This document shows positions 37,801-49,126 of a DNA stretch of 64,000 bases, piece by piece. A program made the translations under genes and the position numbers. The stretch spans positions 62,001 to 126,000 of the IMG/VR virus record IMGVR_UViG_3300042549_005931; one strand, 5' to 3'. The notes below the pieces were generated by a model. The model searched no databases. It was not told the DNA's origin and saw only the letters and a program-made list of their open reading frames with translations. Every line of letters begins with the position of its first letter. The stretch's first letter is position 1.

Positions 37801-40800
37801 TTGGTGTGGTCGATGGCGTGAAAGTAGGTGTTGGTGTAACAGTATTTGTTGGTGTTTGTGTTCTCGTTGGTGTTACAGTTGGGGTAACCGTATTTGTTGG
37901 TGTTACAGTACTTGTTTGGGTTGGAGTTGGGGTTGGTGTAGGTGTTACACACGGTGCGGTTGATGTAACTTGAGAGTTACCACTAACATCGGTAATAGTT
38001 AATACATTACCACTACCGTCACTTTTTCTAATAAAAAACGTGGAAACTCCTGTAGTACCTAAAGTTGTATTTAATTCAGCAATAGTCCAAGCATCGGTAC
38101 CATCTGGTGACTGATATAAAAATTCATTTAATTCCAATGGTTGGTCAGCGTCATAAATTAAAATTTGTGTACTCGGTGAATAACAAACCGTATATGAATC
38201 TGTTGAAATATAGTAATATGCCCCATCAAGTGGATTAGACGTTGATGGTGTTATAGTAGGTGTAACGGTACTTGTAGGTGTAGGTGTTTGTGTTCTTGTT
38301 GGCGTAACAGTATTTGTTGGTGTCACCGTATTTGTTGGTGTTTGTGTTCTCGTTGGTGTAACAGTGTTTGTTGGTGTAGTTGATGGTGTAAAAGTAGGTG
38401 TTGGTGTAACAGTTGGGGTCGTAGTTGTAGTTGGTGTTGGTGTTGGAGTACGCGTAGGTGCGACATAACAACCACCAAGTGATAATATTGAAATTTGTGC
38501 AATGTTATTTTGGTCTTCAACTCTAGTTGACCCCTTTAACGTACCATAAAATACCCCCGTATTAATTGTATATATACCCTGAGATACTTCTTCATATATC
38601 GTTGTATATGTTTCATCAAAATATTCAATAAATCCACCTGAATTAACAATATACGTGATACCGGTATATGCATCACAAATTGTTGGTGGAACACATTCAC
38701 TATATGTACCTATATTAAATGTAACCCTATTAAATGGATTTGGGCTATTAAATGATGTAATTGTTACATTTGATATATCATTAAAATTCAAATCGGGTAA
38801 TGGTATAAATTTTTCACTTTCATCACTTAAAAAATTAACCGTTACCGTGGAATATAATACACTACTACCCGTATATATATTTGCATTAAAATTAACTCCA
38901 ACATATGAAACTGTTTGTCCGCTTTGCGAATCCTTTATTATAAATTTAACACCATTATCACTTAAATCACTACAAATTTCTTCTGAATCAATAACTAAAA
39001 TACTTGATTGAAAATAACTAAAAATTGTACTATCGAATGGATAAATTTCACGGTATAAACTATCGGCAGCTTCGGTGTAATCGTATGTTGATAGGTTATC
39101 ATCATACAAATAAAATGTTTCTTGGGTTGATAAATTATTTATAAATCCTCTAACAACGAGTGGGTCACTATAGAACGATGATTCATTCCAATTATTAATT
39201 ATATTGATGTTGGTATTACCGTCAAATATTAAATTATCTCGATTATTCGATGTTGCAAACCAAGCACTTGTATAATTTAAGTTTGTGTTTGAAACACTGT
39301 ACGTTCCGGTAGTTCCGGAAACTGAAGAATCCCCACTATTTACCCATAATAAAATATCCGTAACTATACCATTTGTTAATTCATAAATTTTTCTATAATA
39401 TGTTTCATCGATAACCGAATAATATCCATTTAACACACTATAAAATCCATCTCTTTCATAATATAATTTTTTACCAATTGTAACACCTTGTGTATCTGAA
39501 TTATCATAAAATAATGTATAAATATTTTGTATATTTTCTACTTTTATTTCATGTGTGAAATATGTGATAATACTGGTTACACCTGGTTTTGATTTAAATG
39601 GTAATTCTCCCGTTGTTCCAGTTAAAGATATTAAATAATTATTTGCTTGACTGTCAGCATCTTCAATTGAAATTGTTGATTCTATTAATCCACGAGGAAC
39701 AACAATTTTTTTAGGTATAAAGACATTTAAATCTCCAATTTTTTTAGTGGTAGTTGTTAATTCAAATGTTATTTCATTATTAGTATATCCACTAGCAGAT
39801 TTTTCAGGAACACCCATAGTATAACAAAGTAATATTTCACTATTATACTGTGTATCATAAAAAACCGGTGATGAATCGGGAACTGTTGATATTTTAAATA
39901 AATCTAAACTATATTCACGTACTGTATTTAAAGCATATGATACCTCTCTGGACGTTATGACTCCTGTATTTGAAATTGTATAAAAATAATCTCCGTCACA
40001 TAATGTGGTATAATAATTTTCATATGGAGTAGAACTATGTTCATTACCTGTAGTAAAATCGGCGTGTTTATAAATTGTTATTCCAGGTTTTAAATATGGC
40101 GTTGTTGTATATCGTCTTCTTAATACTTTAGAATCTTCAAACACATCTTTATTTGTTCCAAAAATACTATACAAAAATCCTAATAAAGCACCAACAATTG
40201 GTATTGAATTTAAAAAGCTAAAAATACCGAGTGCTAGAAATGCATCAGCTATATTGTCATATGTTGTTTTTGACTTAAATCCCTCACTATCACCCCCATA
40301 AAGAAAATATGACGCAATTGCTTTAACAACAGCATGTCTACTCCCCGGTATTGGAATATGTTTTTCCTCATTATAATTGTAAATTGTAAAAGCATTATTA
40401 CTGGCTAAATGTGGTGTTGAATTTGACACACCAAGAAAATATGAATAAACTATTGGTTGTGTTAAAGTACTTGGGGTAATAGTTTTAGTTATCGTTGCAT
40501 TAAATTCCGGAAGTTTAAAATCTATCGCACTCCAAAATGCCCTATCATATGAAGGTGTAATTGTTAAATCGGTGGTAAAAACATTTGTTTGTGGTATGAA
40601 TGTAAAATCTTTAGGCCCGTTATATATTGGTGTTGCTTTTAGAGGTTTAAGGAACTCATTTTTAAAATTATAATCAACTTTTGTTCCGTAAGTTCTTTTT
40701 ATGTCACCCAATCCAAGTTTATAAATGAGATTTGTATTATATATTGCGCCATAATAATATGGTAGGCATCCCCATTCAAAAAATGGGTCATTAAATACAA

Positions 40801-42145
40801 CACAATTTGACGTAAAGGTAAAGGAGGTTGGCCAATTCTCTATCAACACAGGTGTGTATACTCGTGTGATTACTTTTGGGTTATAGTATGAATCGTATGG
40901 TGAATATGGGTGAAGTCCAAGTCTATAATTATAAATTTCGGTACCACAAGGAGCATCAATTTCATAGGGTGTATTTGGGGGGTCAGCACAATCATCCCTT
41001 GTATTTATTGGATATTCAGTTGCCACTCTAAGATGAACCATTCCGGTTATGGTTACTATACTAACAGTTTCATTCGCTTCAAATAGTGTATCAAACCTTA
41101 CTTTATTAAAATCACAACCACCACCAACACTAAGTTGTCCAGGTTCATCTAAATTTAGACCATCACCAACTGTAAAAAAAACTCGACGAGTTCTTTGCGG
41201 AGTTGTTGGAATTTTATTTACACTTATTTGAACTAATCTATGATTTGTTGGATAATGAAAAATATAATCGACAATTTGATATTTGTATCCATTTGTTTTA
41301 ACGTTAGTGGCATTTCGATAATATGGATGTGGAACCATTTTACAAGGTATTCCACCACCACTAAAAGATTCATCCCTACATTGGTTTGAAAATCTATATT
41401 CGGTACTACATGTATAAGCCACCATGGTGTGTGATACATTATTATATACATAATAAAAAATGATAGGTGTGGCAACACTAGCCCTCAACTTTGAGTTATC
41501 GTAATGTGTTTTAGGTACAAAAGTGTCACCGTTAGATACTTCATTAGCCAATAAATCATCATAATACCACCTACTATTTATGTAACTGTTATTTGAAGAA
41601 CTATCTGTTTTTTCTTTATATAATGTGACAACTTGAGGACATGTTGTACATACATAATCATTATTAGTATATCCACTACAAAATTCTTCAAAGTATATCG
41701 GAGGGTCACAATCAAATTTTATTTTAAAACTTCCTGAAGTACCACCCGTGGTCTTAAAATCTATGGTAAAATAAATGTCATTTGTGTTATCGACATCTAC
41801 TGAAAAATGAAAGTACTTATTAACTGCAGTTGGTAAAGTATTAATGTCAATTGTTGAAATTACCAAATCTTTACCATTAACTAATTGTTTTATGTAAATA
41901 ATGGTATTTGCTCCACCCATACTTATGGGTGTCATTGTTAATCTAATTAATTTGCGTAAAGAAGGTGGGGTTGTTGATACGTCTTTTTTTAAATCTTTTA
42001 ATTCATTGTATTTTAAAAAAAAAGTGGTGCCTGACACATGTAATCCTTGAGTGCTCCATGTTAAAGTTTTTTCAACACCACATTCATTTGCTATGGGTGT
42101 TGAACTATCAATAGGTACCGGACAATTAAAATTAAATTCACTCAT
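34811..42145 (-). CDS. Giant adhesin-like protein: Thr/Pro stalks, five cadherin-like repeats, Calx-beta-like and SprB-like modules
   Basis: Five units of EN...IGTFS..DPD...FTY.LV...DN.SF.I.G..L......YE.KSSY.IRVRSTD.GG...EK.FTI.VNNVNE.P; VAEGD...[10 protein letters not shown]; CNGNDGTI...GG...YTVYIKD. Confidence 0.8.
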   Translation of the reverse strand: MSEFNFNCPVPIDSSTPIANECGVEKTLTWSTQGLHVSGTTFFLKYNELKDLKKDVSTTPPSLRKLIRLTMTPISMGGANTIIYIKQLVNGKDLVISTIDINTLPTAVNKYFHFSVDVDNTNDIYFTIDFKTTGGTSGSFKIKFDCDPPIYFEEFCSGYTNNDYVCTTCPQVVTLYKEKTDSSSNNSYINSRWYYDDLLANEVSNGDTFVPKTHYDNSKLRASVATPIIFYYVYNNVSHTMVAYTCSTEYRFSNQCRDESFSGGGIPCKMVPHPYYRNATNVKTNGYKYQIVDYIFHYPTNHRLVQISVNKIPTTPQRTRRVFFTVGDGLNLDEPGQLSVGGGCDFNKVRFDTLFEANETVSIVTITGMVHLRVATEYPINTRDDCADPPNTPYEIDAPCGTEIYNYRLGLHPYSPYDSYYNPKVITRVYTPVLIENWPTSFTFTSNCVVFNDPFFEWGCLPYYYGAIYNTNLIYKLGLGDIKRTYGTKVDYNFKNEFLKPLKATPIYNGPKDFTFIPQTNVFTTDLTITPSYDRAFWSAIDFKLPEFNATITKTITPSTLTQPIVYSYFLGVSNSTPHLASNNAFTIYNYNEEKHIPIPGSRHAVVKAIASYFLYGGDSEGFKSKTTYDNIADAFLALGIFSFLNSIPIVGALLGFLYSIFGTNKDVFEDSKVLRRRYTTTPYLKPGITIYKHADFTTGNEHSSTPYENYYTTLCDGDYFYTISNTGVITSREVSYALNTVREYSLDLFKISTVPDSSPVFYDTQYNSEILLCYTMGVPEKSASGYTNNEITFELTTTTKKIGDLNVFIPKKIVVPRGLIESTISIEDADSQANNYLISLTGTTGELPFKSKPGVTSIITYFTHEIKVENIQNIYTLFYDNSDTQGVTIGKKLYYERDGFYSVLNGYYSVIDETYYRKIYELTNGIVTDILLWVNSGDSSVSGTTGTYSVSNTNLNYTSAWFATSNNRDNLIFDGNTNINIINNWNESSFYSDPLVVRGFINNLSTQETFYLYDDNLSTYDYTEAADSLYREIYPFDSTIFSYFQSSILVIDSEEICSDLSDNGVKFIIKDSQSGQTVSYVGVNFNANIYTGSSVLYSTVTVNFLSDESEKFIPLPDLNFNDISNVTITSFNSPNPFNRVTFNIGTYSECVPPTICDAYTGITYIVNSGGFIEYFDETYTTIYEEVSQGIYTINTGVFYGTLKGSTRVEDQNNIAQISILSLGGCYVAPTRTPTPTPTTTTTPTVTPTPTFTPSTTPTNTVTPTRTQTPTNTVTPTNTVTPTRTQTPTPTSTVTPTITPSTSNPLDGAYYYISTDSYTVCYSPSTQILIYDADQPLELNEFLYQSPDGTDAWTIAELNTTLGTTGVSTFFIRKSDGSGNVLTITDVSGNSQVTSTAPCVTPTPTPTPTQTSTVTPTNTVTPTVTPTRTQTPTNTVTPTPTFTPSTTPTNTVTPTNTFTPTTTQTPTNTVTPTRTPTQTPTNTVTPTNTFTPTTTQTPTNTFTPTRTPTQTPTNTVTPTRTPTQTPTNTVTPTNTVTPTNTVTPTRTQTPTNTVTPTRTPTQTPTPSPYPPNGISLSSESIPENSSINYVIGTFSSQTASPITETYTYTLVTGTGSGDNGSFNISGTQLRSSEVYNFEAKSSYSIRVRSTNSLGQFFEKIFTITISNVNETPASISLSTNNINEGSAQYTTIGTFSTTDPDASNTFTYTLVTGTGSGDNGSFDISGSSLRNTVFLDYETKSSYTIRVRSTDQGGLYVEAQFTIFVNNVNETPSDINLSNTSQNENTSINTTIGTFSTSDPDVGNTFTYTLVAGTGSDDNSSFNISGNALRNSIVFNYESKTAYMIRVRSTDQGGLYNEKQFTIGVNNVNESPTDISLTNVYVNENSSSTTFVGTFSTTDPDGTNIFTYSFASGGVDNGSFAITGDDLFTNGTFNYESKSSYSIRIRSTDGGGLYYEKDFTIYVNNVNETPTDIILSNSSQNENTSINTSIGTFQTIDPDSGNSFTYTLVAGTGSGDNSSFNISGSSLRNSVVFDYETKSSYSIRVRSTDQGGLYTEKQFTISVNNVAEPTYGITSSAYTVAEGDTITLTVNTTDIGNGTSLGWYVGYNGTTSSADFSSATSGNVTINSNTGTFTLTISSDGLSEGSESFYVVLNGTGGSAAATTTDITILSYPIFNLGTTQPNCVTNGTSTTGKLLITGGNPGDFYRYCNGATFSCTNNGCTSPDGTINGSGNATIDTGYINGLGGSQVYTVRVYNASPNCNTSVYTDKTVTLYESICITATVSSANAACNGNDGTITITNVTGGSGGTFQTKLSSVYTTYTNWTSSTTYNVPAGTYTVYIKDSAGKVEEYSRTITQPSALGIFAQKTAFDQIYASVSGGASGGKTFELYQDFSAPYEVGGGSVVDTLTDTSNVTFSSVTAGYYYVKVTDNNGCTETTAYIITV
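37445..37950 (-). repeat. Thr/Pro coding repeat ([12 protein letters not shown])
   Basis: Degenerate 18-bp units gttggtgtaacagtattt; a second block lies at about 38240-38460. Confidence 0.9.
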
Positions 42146-42157
42146 TCATTTTATATT

Positions 42158-42451
42158 TTATGATATTTTAAGACCATATATTGTACCCATTTTATTTGGT
42201 ACATGTATTATTTTTGTACTTTCAATAATTGTATTTGTATCTTGAGATTTATTATATGTTTTTTTAAATAAAGTTAATTTACTTATATAATTAAATATCT
42301 CAATATTAATATCTCTTGAGTTATTTGGTGTTATATAAAAGTTTATATCATATATTGAATTATTATCGTCAACGTTAAACCAAACTATTTTATTAATCTG
42401 ACCAAAGTTCACACTAAAAGATACATCAGGAATGTTAGTATATGTACTCAT
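42158..42451 (-). CDS. Hypothetical protein
   Basis: 97 aa, very AT-rich, between the two giant genes. Confidence 0.55.
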   Translation of the reverse strand: MSTYTNIPDVSFSVNFGQINKIVWFNVDDNNSIYDINFYITPNNSRDINIEIFNYISKLTLFKKTYNKSQDTNTIIESTKIIHVPNKMGTIYGLKIS

Positions 42452-42464
42452 TTTATTTTTTTAT

Positions 42465-45400
42465 TTAAAGTAATTCATCATATATTATTCTAATATCATC
42501 TCCACTTGAGGTTGCACTACCAAATATACCCGGTGTTAAGAAATTTTCGTATGCACTAATACCTCTCTTTCTTTCAATACCATTACAATCAATCCAGAAT
42601 ATATTTCCACCCGTATAAGACGCGTTAAACGATATCATAACACAATCTCCAATTTGACCCGCATAATTGGTACATGTAGTACCACTACTTGTGATTGTAA
42701 ATGTTGCTTGATTGTCAAGAATTGAAGGTGATTTCAACGATTCAACTATAATACATTCAGAAATTGTGTATGTACCAAGAGGTGCAAAGAATGATTTTTG
42801 TCCATTTTCAGTATTATAGATAATGTAACCATCATCAATTATGTTTAATGTAACATTCTCTCTAAACGTTTCGGTACCACCTGTCACAACCTCATTACAA
42901 ATTAATGTAGTTGCACATGATGTTGTTGTTTTAATATCAAATGGTTGGAAAGTTGTAGTATTTTTTGAATAAACCACAATATCTAAAACTTTCGAATCGT
43001 CAGTTCCAATAAATCCAACTGTTTTTGTTATATTATTACTTCCATTATATAAAACAAAAATTTCACCAACTTTCTCAGCGTAATTACCAACAAACACTTC
43101 TGTTGTTGAATTATATGTTATTGCACTAATTGTTACCTCATAATTACCATAAGAATTGTCTAATATGAACGTATTATTAAGTATGGTCGTACCCGCATTT
43201 AATACAGTATTAGTCACATTACCTTCATTACATGCCGCAGTTCTTAATGTATTACCTGAACAATCACCTACTAATTCAACTAATCTTGAAGTTATATTTT
43301 GATAATGTGAACCACCGCTATAAAGTACATCAAAATATGGTTCCGTTAATGAACAGTTATCATAACAAATATCACTTGGATACGTACCCGCAACTTGATA
43401 ATCAATAGATGCTATGGTTGTAGTTCCACATGGGTAATAATATAACGTAACTTTTTTATCATCACTTACATCAATATCATTTTGAGTAATTATAACATCA
43501 TAGCTAGTACATCCCGTACATTCTCTTGGTGTGGTTGTTAATGTAGGTGTAGGTGTGTTTGTAGGTGTAATCGATGGTGTGAAAGAAGGCGTAACAGTAT
43601 TTGTGGGTGTAATCGATGGTGTAAAAGTAGGTGTTGCCGTTACGGTTACTGTTTGTGTTAAAGTAACTGTTGGTGTAACAGTATTTGTTGCAGTAACACT
43701 CGGTGTGATACTGTTAGTTGGTGTAATGGTATTAGTTGGTGTAATAGTATTAGTTGGTGTAATAGTATTGGTTGGTGTAATAGTATTGGTTGGTGTAATA
43801 GTATTGGTTGGTGTAACTGTTGGCGTTTCAGTAACAGTTGGTGTGTTTGTGTTAGTTGGTGTAACGGTACTTGTAGGTGTAACAGTTGGTGTCTCAGTAA
43901 CACTTGGTGTAACGGTATTTGTAGGTGTAACAGTGTTTGTTGGTGTTTGCGTTTGTGTTTCAGTAACACTTGGTGTGATTGTGTTAGTTGGTGTGATTGA
44001 TGGGGTAACCGTAGGTGTTTCAGTATTTGTAGGTGTTGGTGTATGAGTTAAATCAGTTGTTGACGTAATTGATGGTGTTGGTGTCGTTGTTGGTGTAACA
44101 GTTTCGGTAGCTGTTGGTGTAACAGTATTCGTTGGTGTAACAGTTGGTGTAACAGTATTTGTCGCCGTAACAGTTGATGTAACAGTATTTGTTGGTGTAA
44201 CAGTTTCGGTAATAGTTGGGGTTACTGTATTCGTTGGTGTAACTGTTGGGGTTTCAGTAACTGTAGAAGTAACTGTATTTGTTGGTGTAATTGTTGGCGT
44301 TTCAGTAACAGTTGGGGTAATACTATTTGTTGGTGTAATTGTTGGCGTTTCAGTAACACTTGGAGTAATTGTGTTTGTCGGCGTAACTGTTATCGTTTCG
44401 GTAACAGTTGGAGTAACAGTATTTGTTGGTGTAATTGTTGGCGTTTCAGTAATAGTTGAGGTAACAGTATTTGTTGGTGTAACTGTTGGAGTTTCAGTAA
44501 CACTTGGGGTAACTGTATTTGTTGGTGTGGTGGTGTTGGTAGTAGTTGGGGTAACAGTATTTGTCGGTGTAATTGTTGGGGTTTCAGTAACTGTAGAAGT
44601 AACGGTATTTGTTGGTGTTACAGTTTCGGTAACTGTATTTGTTGGTGTAATTGAAGGTGTAGACGTAGTTGTTGGTGTAACAGTTTCGGTAACTGTTGGA
44701 GTAACACTATTTGTTGGTGTAATTGTTGGCGTTTCAGTAACTGTTGATGTGGGTGTTGGAGATAAACCAGTGGTTGCACTAACACTTGGAGTAATACTAT
44801 TTGTTGGTGTAATTGTTGGCGTTTCAGTAACAGTTGGTGTAATACTATTTGTTGGTGTAACAGTTTCGGTAACTGTTGGAGTAACACTATTTGTTGGTGT
44901 AATAGTATTGGTTGGTGTAACTGTAGGTGTTTCAGTTACCGATGGGGTAATACTATTTGTTGGCGTTATCGTAGGTGTCTCAGTAATAGTTGGTGTAACG
45001 CTCGATGTTACAGTGTTGGTTGGTGTGGGTGTATGTGTTAAATCAGGTGTTAAAGTAACTGTTGCAGTAACGGTGTTTGTAGGTGTTACAGTTGGGGTTT
45101 CAGAATTTGTCGGTGTGATACTTGGTGTAACTGTTGTAGTTTCGGTATTTGTAGGTGTTGTCGTCATTGTTGACGTAACAGTTTCAGTAACACTTGGTGT
45201 AACTGTATTCGTTGGGGTTAAGGTAGGTGTTTCTGTATTTGTTGGAGTTACACTTGGTGTGATTGTGTTTGTAGGTGTTACGGTTTCAGTAACAGTTGGG
45301 GTAATAGTATTTGTCGGTGTAACTGTTGGTGTTTCAGTATTTGTAGGTGTTGGTGTAACGGTATTACTTGGTGTAACACTTGATGTGACAGTATTTGTAG

Positions 45401-47888
45401 GTGTTGGTGTATGAGTTAAATCAGGTGTTAATGTAACACTTGGTGTAATCGTATTAGTTGGTGTAACACTTGATGTAATCGTATTAGTTGGTGTAACACT
45501 TGATGTTACAGTGTTAGTAGGTGTGATACTTAAAGTAGGTGTTATTGATGGTGTTACAGTATTTGTAGGTGTAGCAGTTGGCGTCTCAGTAACGGTTGGT
45601 GTTTGAGTAACTGTTTGTGTTGGTGTTTCAGTTATTGATGTTGTAATGGTTGGCGTAACACTATTTGTTGGAGTTACACTTGGTGTAATACTGTTTGTTG
45701 GGGTTACACTTGGCGTAACACTATTTGTTGGTGTTTGAGACGGTACAAAATTCTCTGTTAGAGTTGGCGTGTTTGTTGGTGTAACACTATTTGTTGGAGT
45801 AGTGGTTGTGGTTGGTGTAATCGTCTTAGTAGGTGTTACCGTTGGTGTTGGTGTTTTAGTTAAATTAGGTGTCAATGTAACACTTGGTGTAACCGTTTTT
45901 GTTGGTGTGGCGGTTTGTGTTGGAGTTTTAGTTAAATTAGGTGTTAATGTAACACTCGGTGTAACTGTTCTTGTTGGAGTTACCGTGTTGGTTGGTGTTA
46001 CAGTTGGTGTAGTTGTTTTTGTCGCAGTAACACTAGGTGTAACTGTTCTTGTTGGTGTAGCACTTGGAACAATTGTTCTCGTTGGTGTAACACTCGGTGT
46101 AACTGTTTTTGTTGGTGTAATTGACTTAGTAATCGATGGTGTTACGGTATTTGTTGGTGTTAAAGTTACTGTTGGTGTGATAGTACTTGTTGGAGTCACC
46201 GTTGGTGTTGGTGTTGGCGTTTTGGTTAAATAATTTGGACATTGAACATTAAAATTCCATAATGTTTCAGGGTCAGTGCTAGCATTTACAACAACTTTTA
46301 CGGTATTTTCAACAGAGGTTGAACCTGTTATTAAAATGTTACTAATACCTGAACCGGTATATGTTCCAATTAAATTATTTATTGGGTAATAAACACTAAA
46401 TGAATCATTAATAGTATATGAGTTGTATTCAAATATAGATTCACCAGAATAAACATTACAATTTATAAAATATGTTTGTCCCGTACCCGGCCCACCATAA
46501 ACAGGAGCGTCACATAGATAATCTCTTGTTGGTGTAACAGATGGTGTTGCAGTTTTAGTAGGTGTAACAGATGGTGTCACAGTTTTAGTTGGTGTTACTG
46601 TTGGAGTTGTTGTTTGTGTTGTCGTTGGTGTTGGTGAATTTGTAGGTGTTGGAGTTGGTGTAAATGGAATAATACATTCAACCATAAACGACCATAATGT
46701 TTCAACTTCACCACTATCCACCGGATTAACAACAACTTTCACTACATCCGATGTACCATCAAGAGATAATGTATATGTCGATACACCCGATAATGATGTG
46801 AATCCTGTTAAATATGTGTTTATAGGGTAGTAAATGTCAACAGAATCAGATATCGTAAAACCACTGAAACTAAATACTGATGTACCAGGACTATTACCAA
46901 CATTGATATAATTCTCTAATGGCATTGGTGAATATCCACCCGAGTAAATAGTGTTACATTCTGTACCTTCAACGATTGGTATGATTTCAACATCGATTTC
47001 AAACGCACAAAGTATGGTTGGCGTCATTGTTGGTGTTGGTGTTAATGTTGGTTCCATGGTCACCGTAGGTGATACCGTCGGGGTTACACTTAATGTTGGG
47101 GTTGGTGTAAGTCTTATAGTTTTTGTTGGGGTTGGTGTTACCGTATTTGTTGGAGTTACTGTTGCAGTTATAGATGGGGTAACTGTATTTGTAGGTGTTA
47201 CGGTATTTGTTGGTGTTGGAGTTTGTGTTACAAACGTTTCACAATCAATCATCATCTCTTTAGACAACGAATTGTTAGTCCAAGGTGAATCTAATTTAAT
47301 TGTTACGTGTTTTGTTCCAACCGTATCATATGATTTATATGCTTTGTAACAATTAACACCACTACAAACACCTTCAACACCAATAGGGGATGTTGTTCCA
47401 TCACCCCAATCTACTGTAAATATAATTTCACCAACACCAGCAATATTTTTTAAATTAGTTGTGTTAGTTACCGTTACATTATTACAATCAACTTCGTAAA
47501 TAAAGTTCGCATTTATTTGATTTTGTGTTGATTCAACACCAACACTACCATCAAATGCCAACATGACACCATATTCATCGGCCGTAGATTCTAAAAATAA
47601 AGGTATTTGTTGTGTGTCGTATATTTGAGAATTAATTTCTGAGGGTGTTCCACTTATTAAATTCCAAGTACCGCTTGTTGGTTCTCCCCATCTGTAGTAA
47701 CCACTATCTTCTGTTCCACCTGAAACATTAAAAACAACTAAACCCACACTAACTTGACTGTCAGTTAAACCGGACCAATCAATGGTGGATGTGTAAGTAT
47801 CGTCAGCATACCATGTTTGACCGGTCAAAGAAACCAATCTAACATTCGCAATGTTTTTACGTCTAAGGGTATACTTATTTTTCTTCAT
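42465..47888 (-). CDS. Giant mucin-like protein: PKD-like N-terminal region, Cys-bracketed beta modules, ~900-aa Thr/Pro stalk
   Basis: FTVDWGDGT; duplicated C...DS...YYPIN...VKVVVN....ETLW.F.V.C module; long (T-x)n tract. Confidence 0.8.
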   Translation of the reverse strand: MKKNKYTLRRKNIANVRLVSLTGQTWYADDTYTSTIDWSGLTDSQVSVGLVVFNVSGGTEDSGYYRWGEPTSGTWNLISGTPSEINSQIYDTQQIPLFLESTADEYGVMLAFDGSVGVESTQNQINANFIYEVDCNNVTVTNTTNLKNIAGVGEIIFTVDWGDGTTSPIGVEGVCSGVNCYKAYKSYDTVGTKHVTIKLDSPWTNNSLSKEMMIDCETFVTQTPTPTNTVTPTNTVTPSITATVTPTNTVTPTPTKTIRLTPTPTLSVTPTVSPTVTMEPTLTPTPTMTPTILCAFEIDVEIIPIVEGTECNTIYSGGYSPMPLENYINVGNSPGTSVFSFSGFTISDSVDIYYPINTYLTGFTSLSGVSTYTLSLDGTSDVVKVVVNPVDSGEVETLWSFMVECIIPFTPTPTPTNSPTPTTTQTTTPTVTPTKTVTPSVTPTKTATPSVTPTRDYLCDAPVYGGPGTGQTYFINCNVYSGESIFEYNSYTINDSFSVYYPINNLIGTYTGSGISNILITGSTSVENTVKVVVNASTDPETLWNFNVQCPNYLTKTPTPTPTVTPTSTITPTVTLTPTNTVTPSITKSITPTKTVTPSVTPTRTIVPSATPTRTVTPSVTATKTTTPTVTPTNTVTPTRTVTPSVTLTPNLTKTPTQTATPTKTVTPSVTLTPNLTKTPTPTVTPTKTITPTTTTTPTNSVTPTNTPTLTENFVPSQTPTNSVTPSVTPTNSITPSVTPTNSVTPTITTSITETPTQTVTQTPTVTETPTATPTNTVTPSITPTLSITPTNTVTSSVTPTNTITSSVTPTNTITPSVTLTPDLTHTPTPTNTVTSSVTPSNTVTPTPTNTETPTVTPTNTITPTVTETVTPTNTITPSVTPTNTETPTLTPTNTVTPSVTETVTSTMTTTPTNTETTTVTPSITPTNSETPTVTPTNTVTATVTLTPDLTHTPTPTNTVTSSVTPTITETPTITPTNSITPSVTETPTVTPTNTITPTNSVTPTVTETVTPTNSITPTVTETPTITPTNSITPSVSATTGLSPTPTSTVTETPTITPTNSVTPTVTETVTPTTTSTPSITPTNTVTETVTPTNTVTSTVTETPTITPTNTVTPTTTNTTTPTNTVTPSVTETPTVTPTNTVTSTITETPTITPTNTVTPTVTETITVTPTNTITPSVTETPTITPTNSITPTVTETPTITPTNTVTSTVTETPTVTPTNTVTPTITETVTPTNTVTSTVTATNTVTPTVTPTNTVTPTATETVTPTTTPTPSITSTTDLTHTPTPTNTETPTVTPSITPTNTITPSVTETQTQTPTNTVTPTNTVTPSVTETPTVTPTSTVTPTNTNTPTVTETPTVTPTNTITPTNTITPTNTITPTNTITPTNTITPTNSITPSVTATNTVTPTVTLTQTVTVTATPTFTPSITPTNTVTPSFTPSITPTNTPTPTLTTTPRECTGCTSYDVIITQNDIDVSDDKKVTLYYYPCGTTTIASIDYQVAGTYPSDICYDNCSLTEPYFDVLYSGGSHYQNITSRLVELVGDCSGNTLRTAACNEGNVTNTVLNAGTTILNNTFILDNSYGNYEVTISAITYNSTTEVFVGNYAEKVGEIFVLYNGSNNITKTVGFIGTDDSKVLDIVVYSKNTTTFQPFDIKTTTSCATTLICNEVVTGGTETFRENVTLNIIDDGYIIYNTENGQKSFFAPLGTYTISECIIVESLKSPSILDNQATFTITSSGTTCTNYAGQIGDCVMISFNASYTGGNIFWIDCNGIERKRGISAYENFLTPGIFGSATSSGDDIRIIYDELL
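43530..46230 (-). repeat. ~2.7-kb Thr/Pro low-complexity coding repeat
   Basis: Continuous [12 protein letters not shown]-type units, G+T-rich on the + strand. Confidence 0.95.
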
Positions 47889-47898
47889 CTATATAATT

Positions 47899-47921
47899 TA
47901 AATATCTTTAGAATGGTTTTG
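47899..47921. repeat. Direct repeat, copy 2 (TAAATATCTTTAGAATggTTTTG)
   Basis: 21/23 identical to 34151-34173. Confidence 0.8.
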
Positions 47922-47932
47922 TAGTGGACATA

Positions 47933-49126
47933 TTAAAAACATCCAACATCAAAACATCCACTTAGTGTACCCGAAATTACACCCGCACCAACAGGTAGAT
48001 ATACATTACCAGGACTTAAGAAAGTTGGGCCACCGTAAATTCCATTATCACCCGTTATAGTTACACAAAATTCACCTTGACTAACACCGTAAGAGTCGTA
48101 AAAAATAACTCTAACAACATCACCATTTGTATGCCCTAATAATGTACCATATGAATAAAATGATTGTACATTTATTGAGCTACTATCGCTACATTTAGTT
48201 GCAGTATATGAATAGTGTGTTGGATTTATGGGTGGTGTGGCTGACGGTGTTGGTGTTGGTGATGGGCCAGCTGATGATGCCGATGGGCTTGGTGGTGTAG
48301 ATTGTTGAGTTAAAAACTGTTTTTCATAAAATTTAATCGCATTATTCATACCTTTTCCAACTAAATTATCTTCAGTTGTCGTTTCACCCGAATATTGGTA
48401 GACTTTATAAGAATAATTTGTTTTATCTATATTGATTTTATAGTACATATCTCTTTCTTCAACAAGTTGTTGGTCAACAGTTAATTCGGTTGTTGTAAAA
48501 TCTAATATTGAACCGTCTAACGCGTTCATAAACTTTGCGGTCATGAAAAATGTATTACCACTCAATGTTGAATCACTTAAAACAGTATCATCTTGAAACC
48601 AAAATAGATACATATTTTCTTTGTTTTTATAATTCGAACCCATAAACACCGGAATATGGATATTTTGTCTAAGGGTATTATAATAAAATTTTTCCCCTAA
48701 TGGTAGTGATAAATTTTTTGAAAAAACCAATTTTCTATTTACCCTTGTAGGTGGTTCATTATTTGGTGTTTTGAAAAATTCTAATCTAAAAAAACTTTCA
48801 GAAGAAACTTTGGTCATTAATGCGTTGTCTTTTGGTGAAATACCAACCAAACTATAATCTAACCCATTAGTATATGTACCATTTGAATCAGTAAAATAAA
48901 ATTTATACCAAATATCACATTGGATATCATCACTATTACCAGTTAAACCAGAATATGATTCATGAATAAATCTTACAGTTTCGTAATTGTCAATTGGGTT
49001 TATAATTGTAGATAAAATCTCCTCTTCAAATATATCCATACCTTCTTCCCAACCTAAATTTGTTTGGAAGTCATTTTCTTGGTTAACAATTATGTTGTAA
49101 TCACCGGTTTTTCTTAAAATTTTCAT
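47933..49126 (-). CDS. Putative structural protein with Pro/Ser/Thr linker and appended Cys-containing module
   Basis: 397 aa; SFFRLEFFKTP core; TPPSPSASSAGPSPTPTPSATPP linker. Confidence 0.6.
   Translation of the reverse strand: MKILRKTGDYNIIVNQENDFQTNLGWEEGMDIFEEEILSTIINPIDNYETVRFIHESYSGLTGNSDDIQCDIWYKFYFTDSNGTYTNGLDYSLVGISPKDNALMTKVSSESFFRLEFFKTPNNEPPTRVNRKLVFSKNLSLPLGEKFYYNTLRQNIHIPVFMGSNYKNKENMYLFWFQDDTVLSDSTLSGNTFFMTAKFMNALDGSILDFTTTELTVDQQLVEERDMYYKINIDKTNYSYKVYQYSGETTTEDNLVGKGMNNAIKFYEKQFLTQQSTPPSPSASSAGPSPTPTPSATPPINPTHYSYTATKCSDSSSINVQSFYSYGTLLGHTNGDVVRVIFYDSYGVSQGEFCVTITGDNGIYGGPTFLSPGNVYLPVGAGVISGTLSGCFDVGCF

Noticed and set aside
37410-37963. Cys-rich ORFs (MCNTYTNPN..., MCWCSCWRN...) resembling metallothioneins or RiPP precursors
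   Set aside because: Alternative frames of the TPTNTV repeat inside the 2444-aa gene
43530-46230. Possible CRISPR array or satellite
   Set aside because: Units are degenerate, codon-phased and lack unique spacers; this is a coding repeat
43531-47349. Long Val/Gly-rich plus-strand ORFs (also 1826-2479, 2735-3067, 37560-37973)
   Set aside because: Antisense shadows of Thr/Pro repeats, whose reverse complement lacks stops; no independent expression signals
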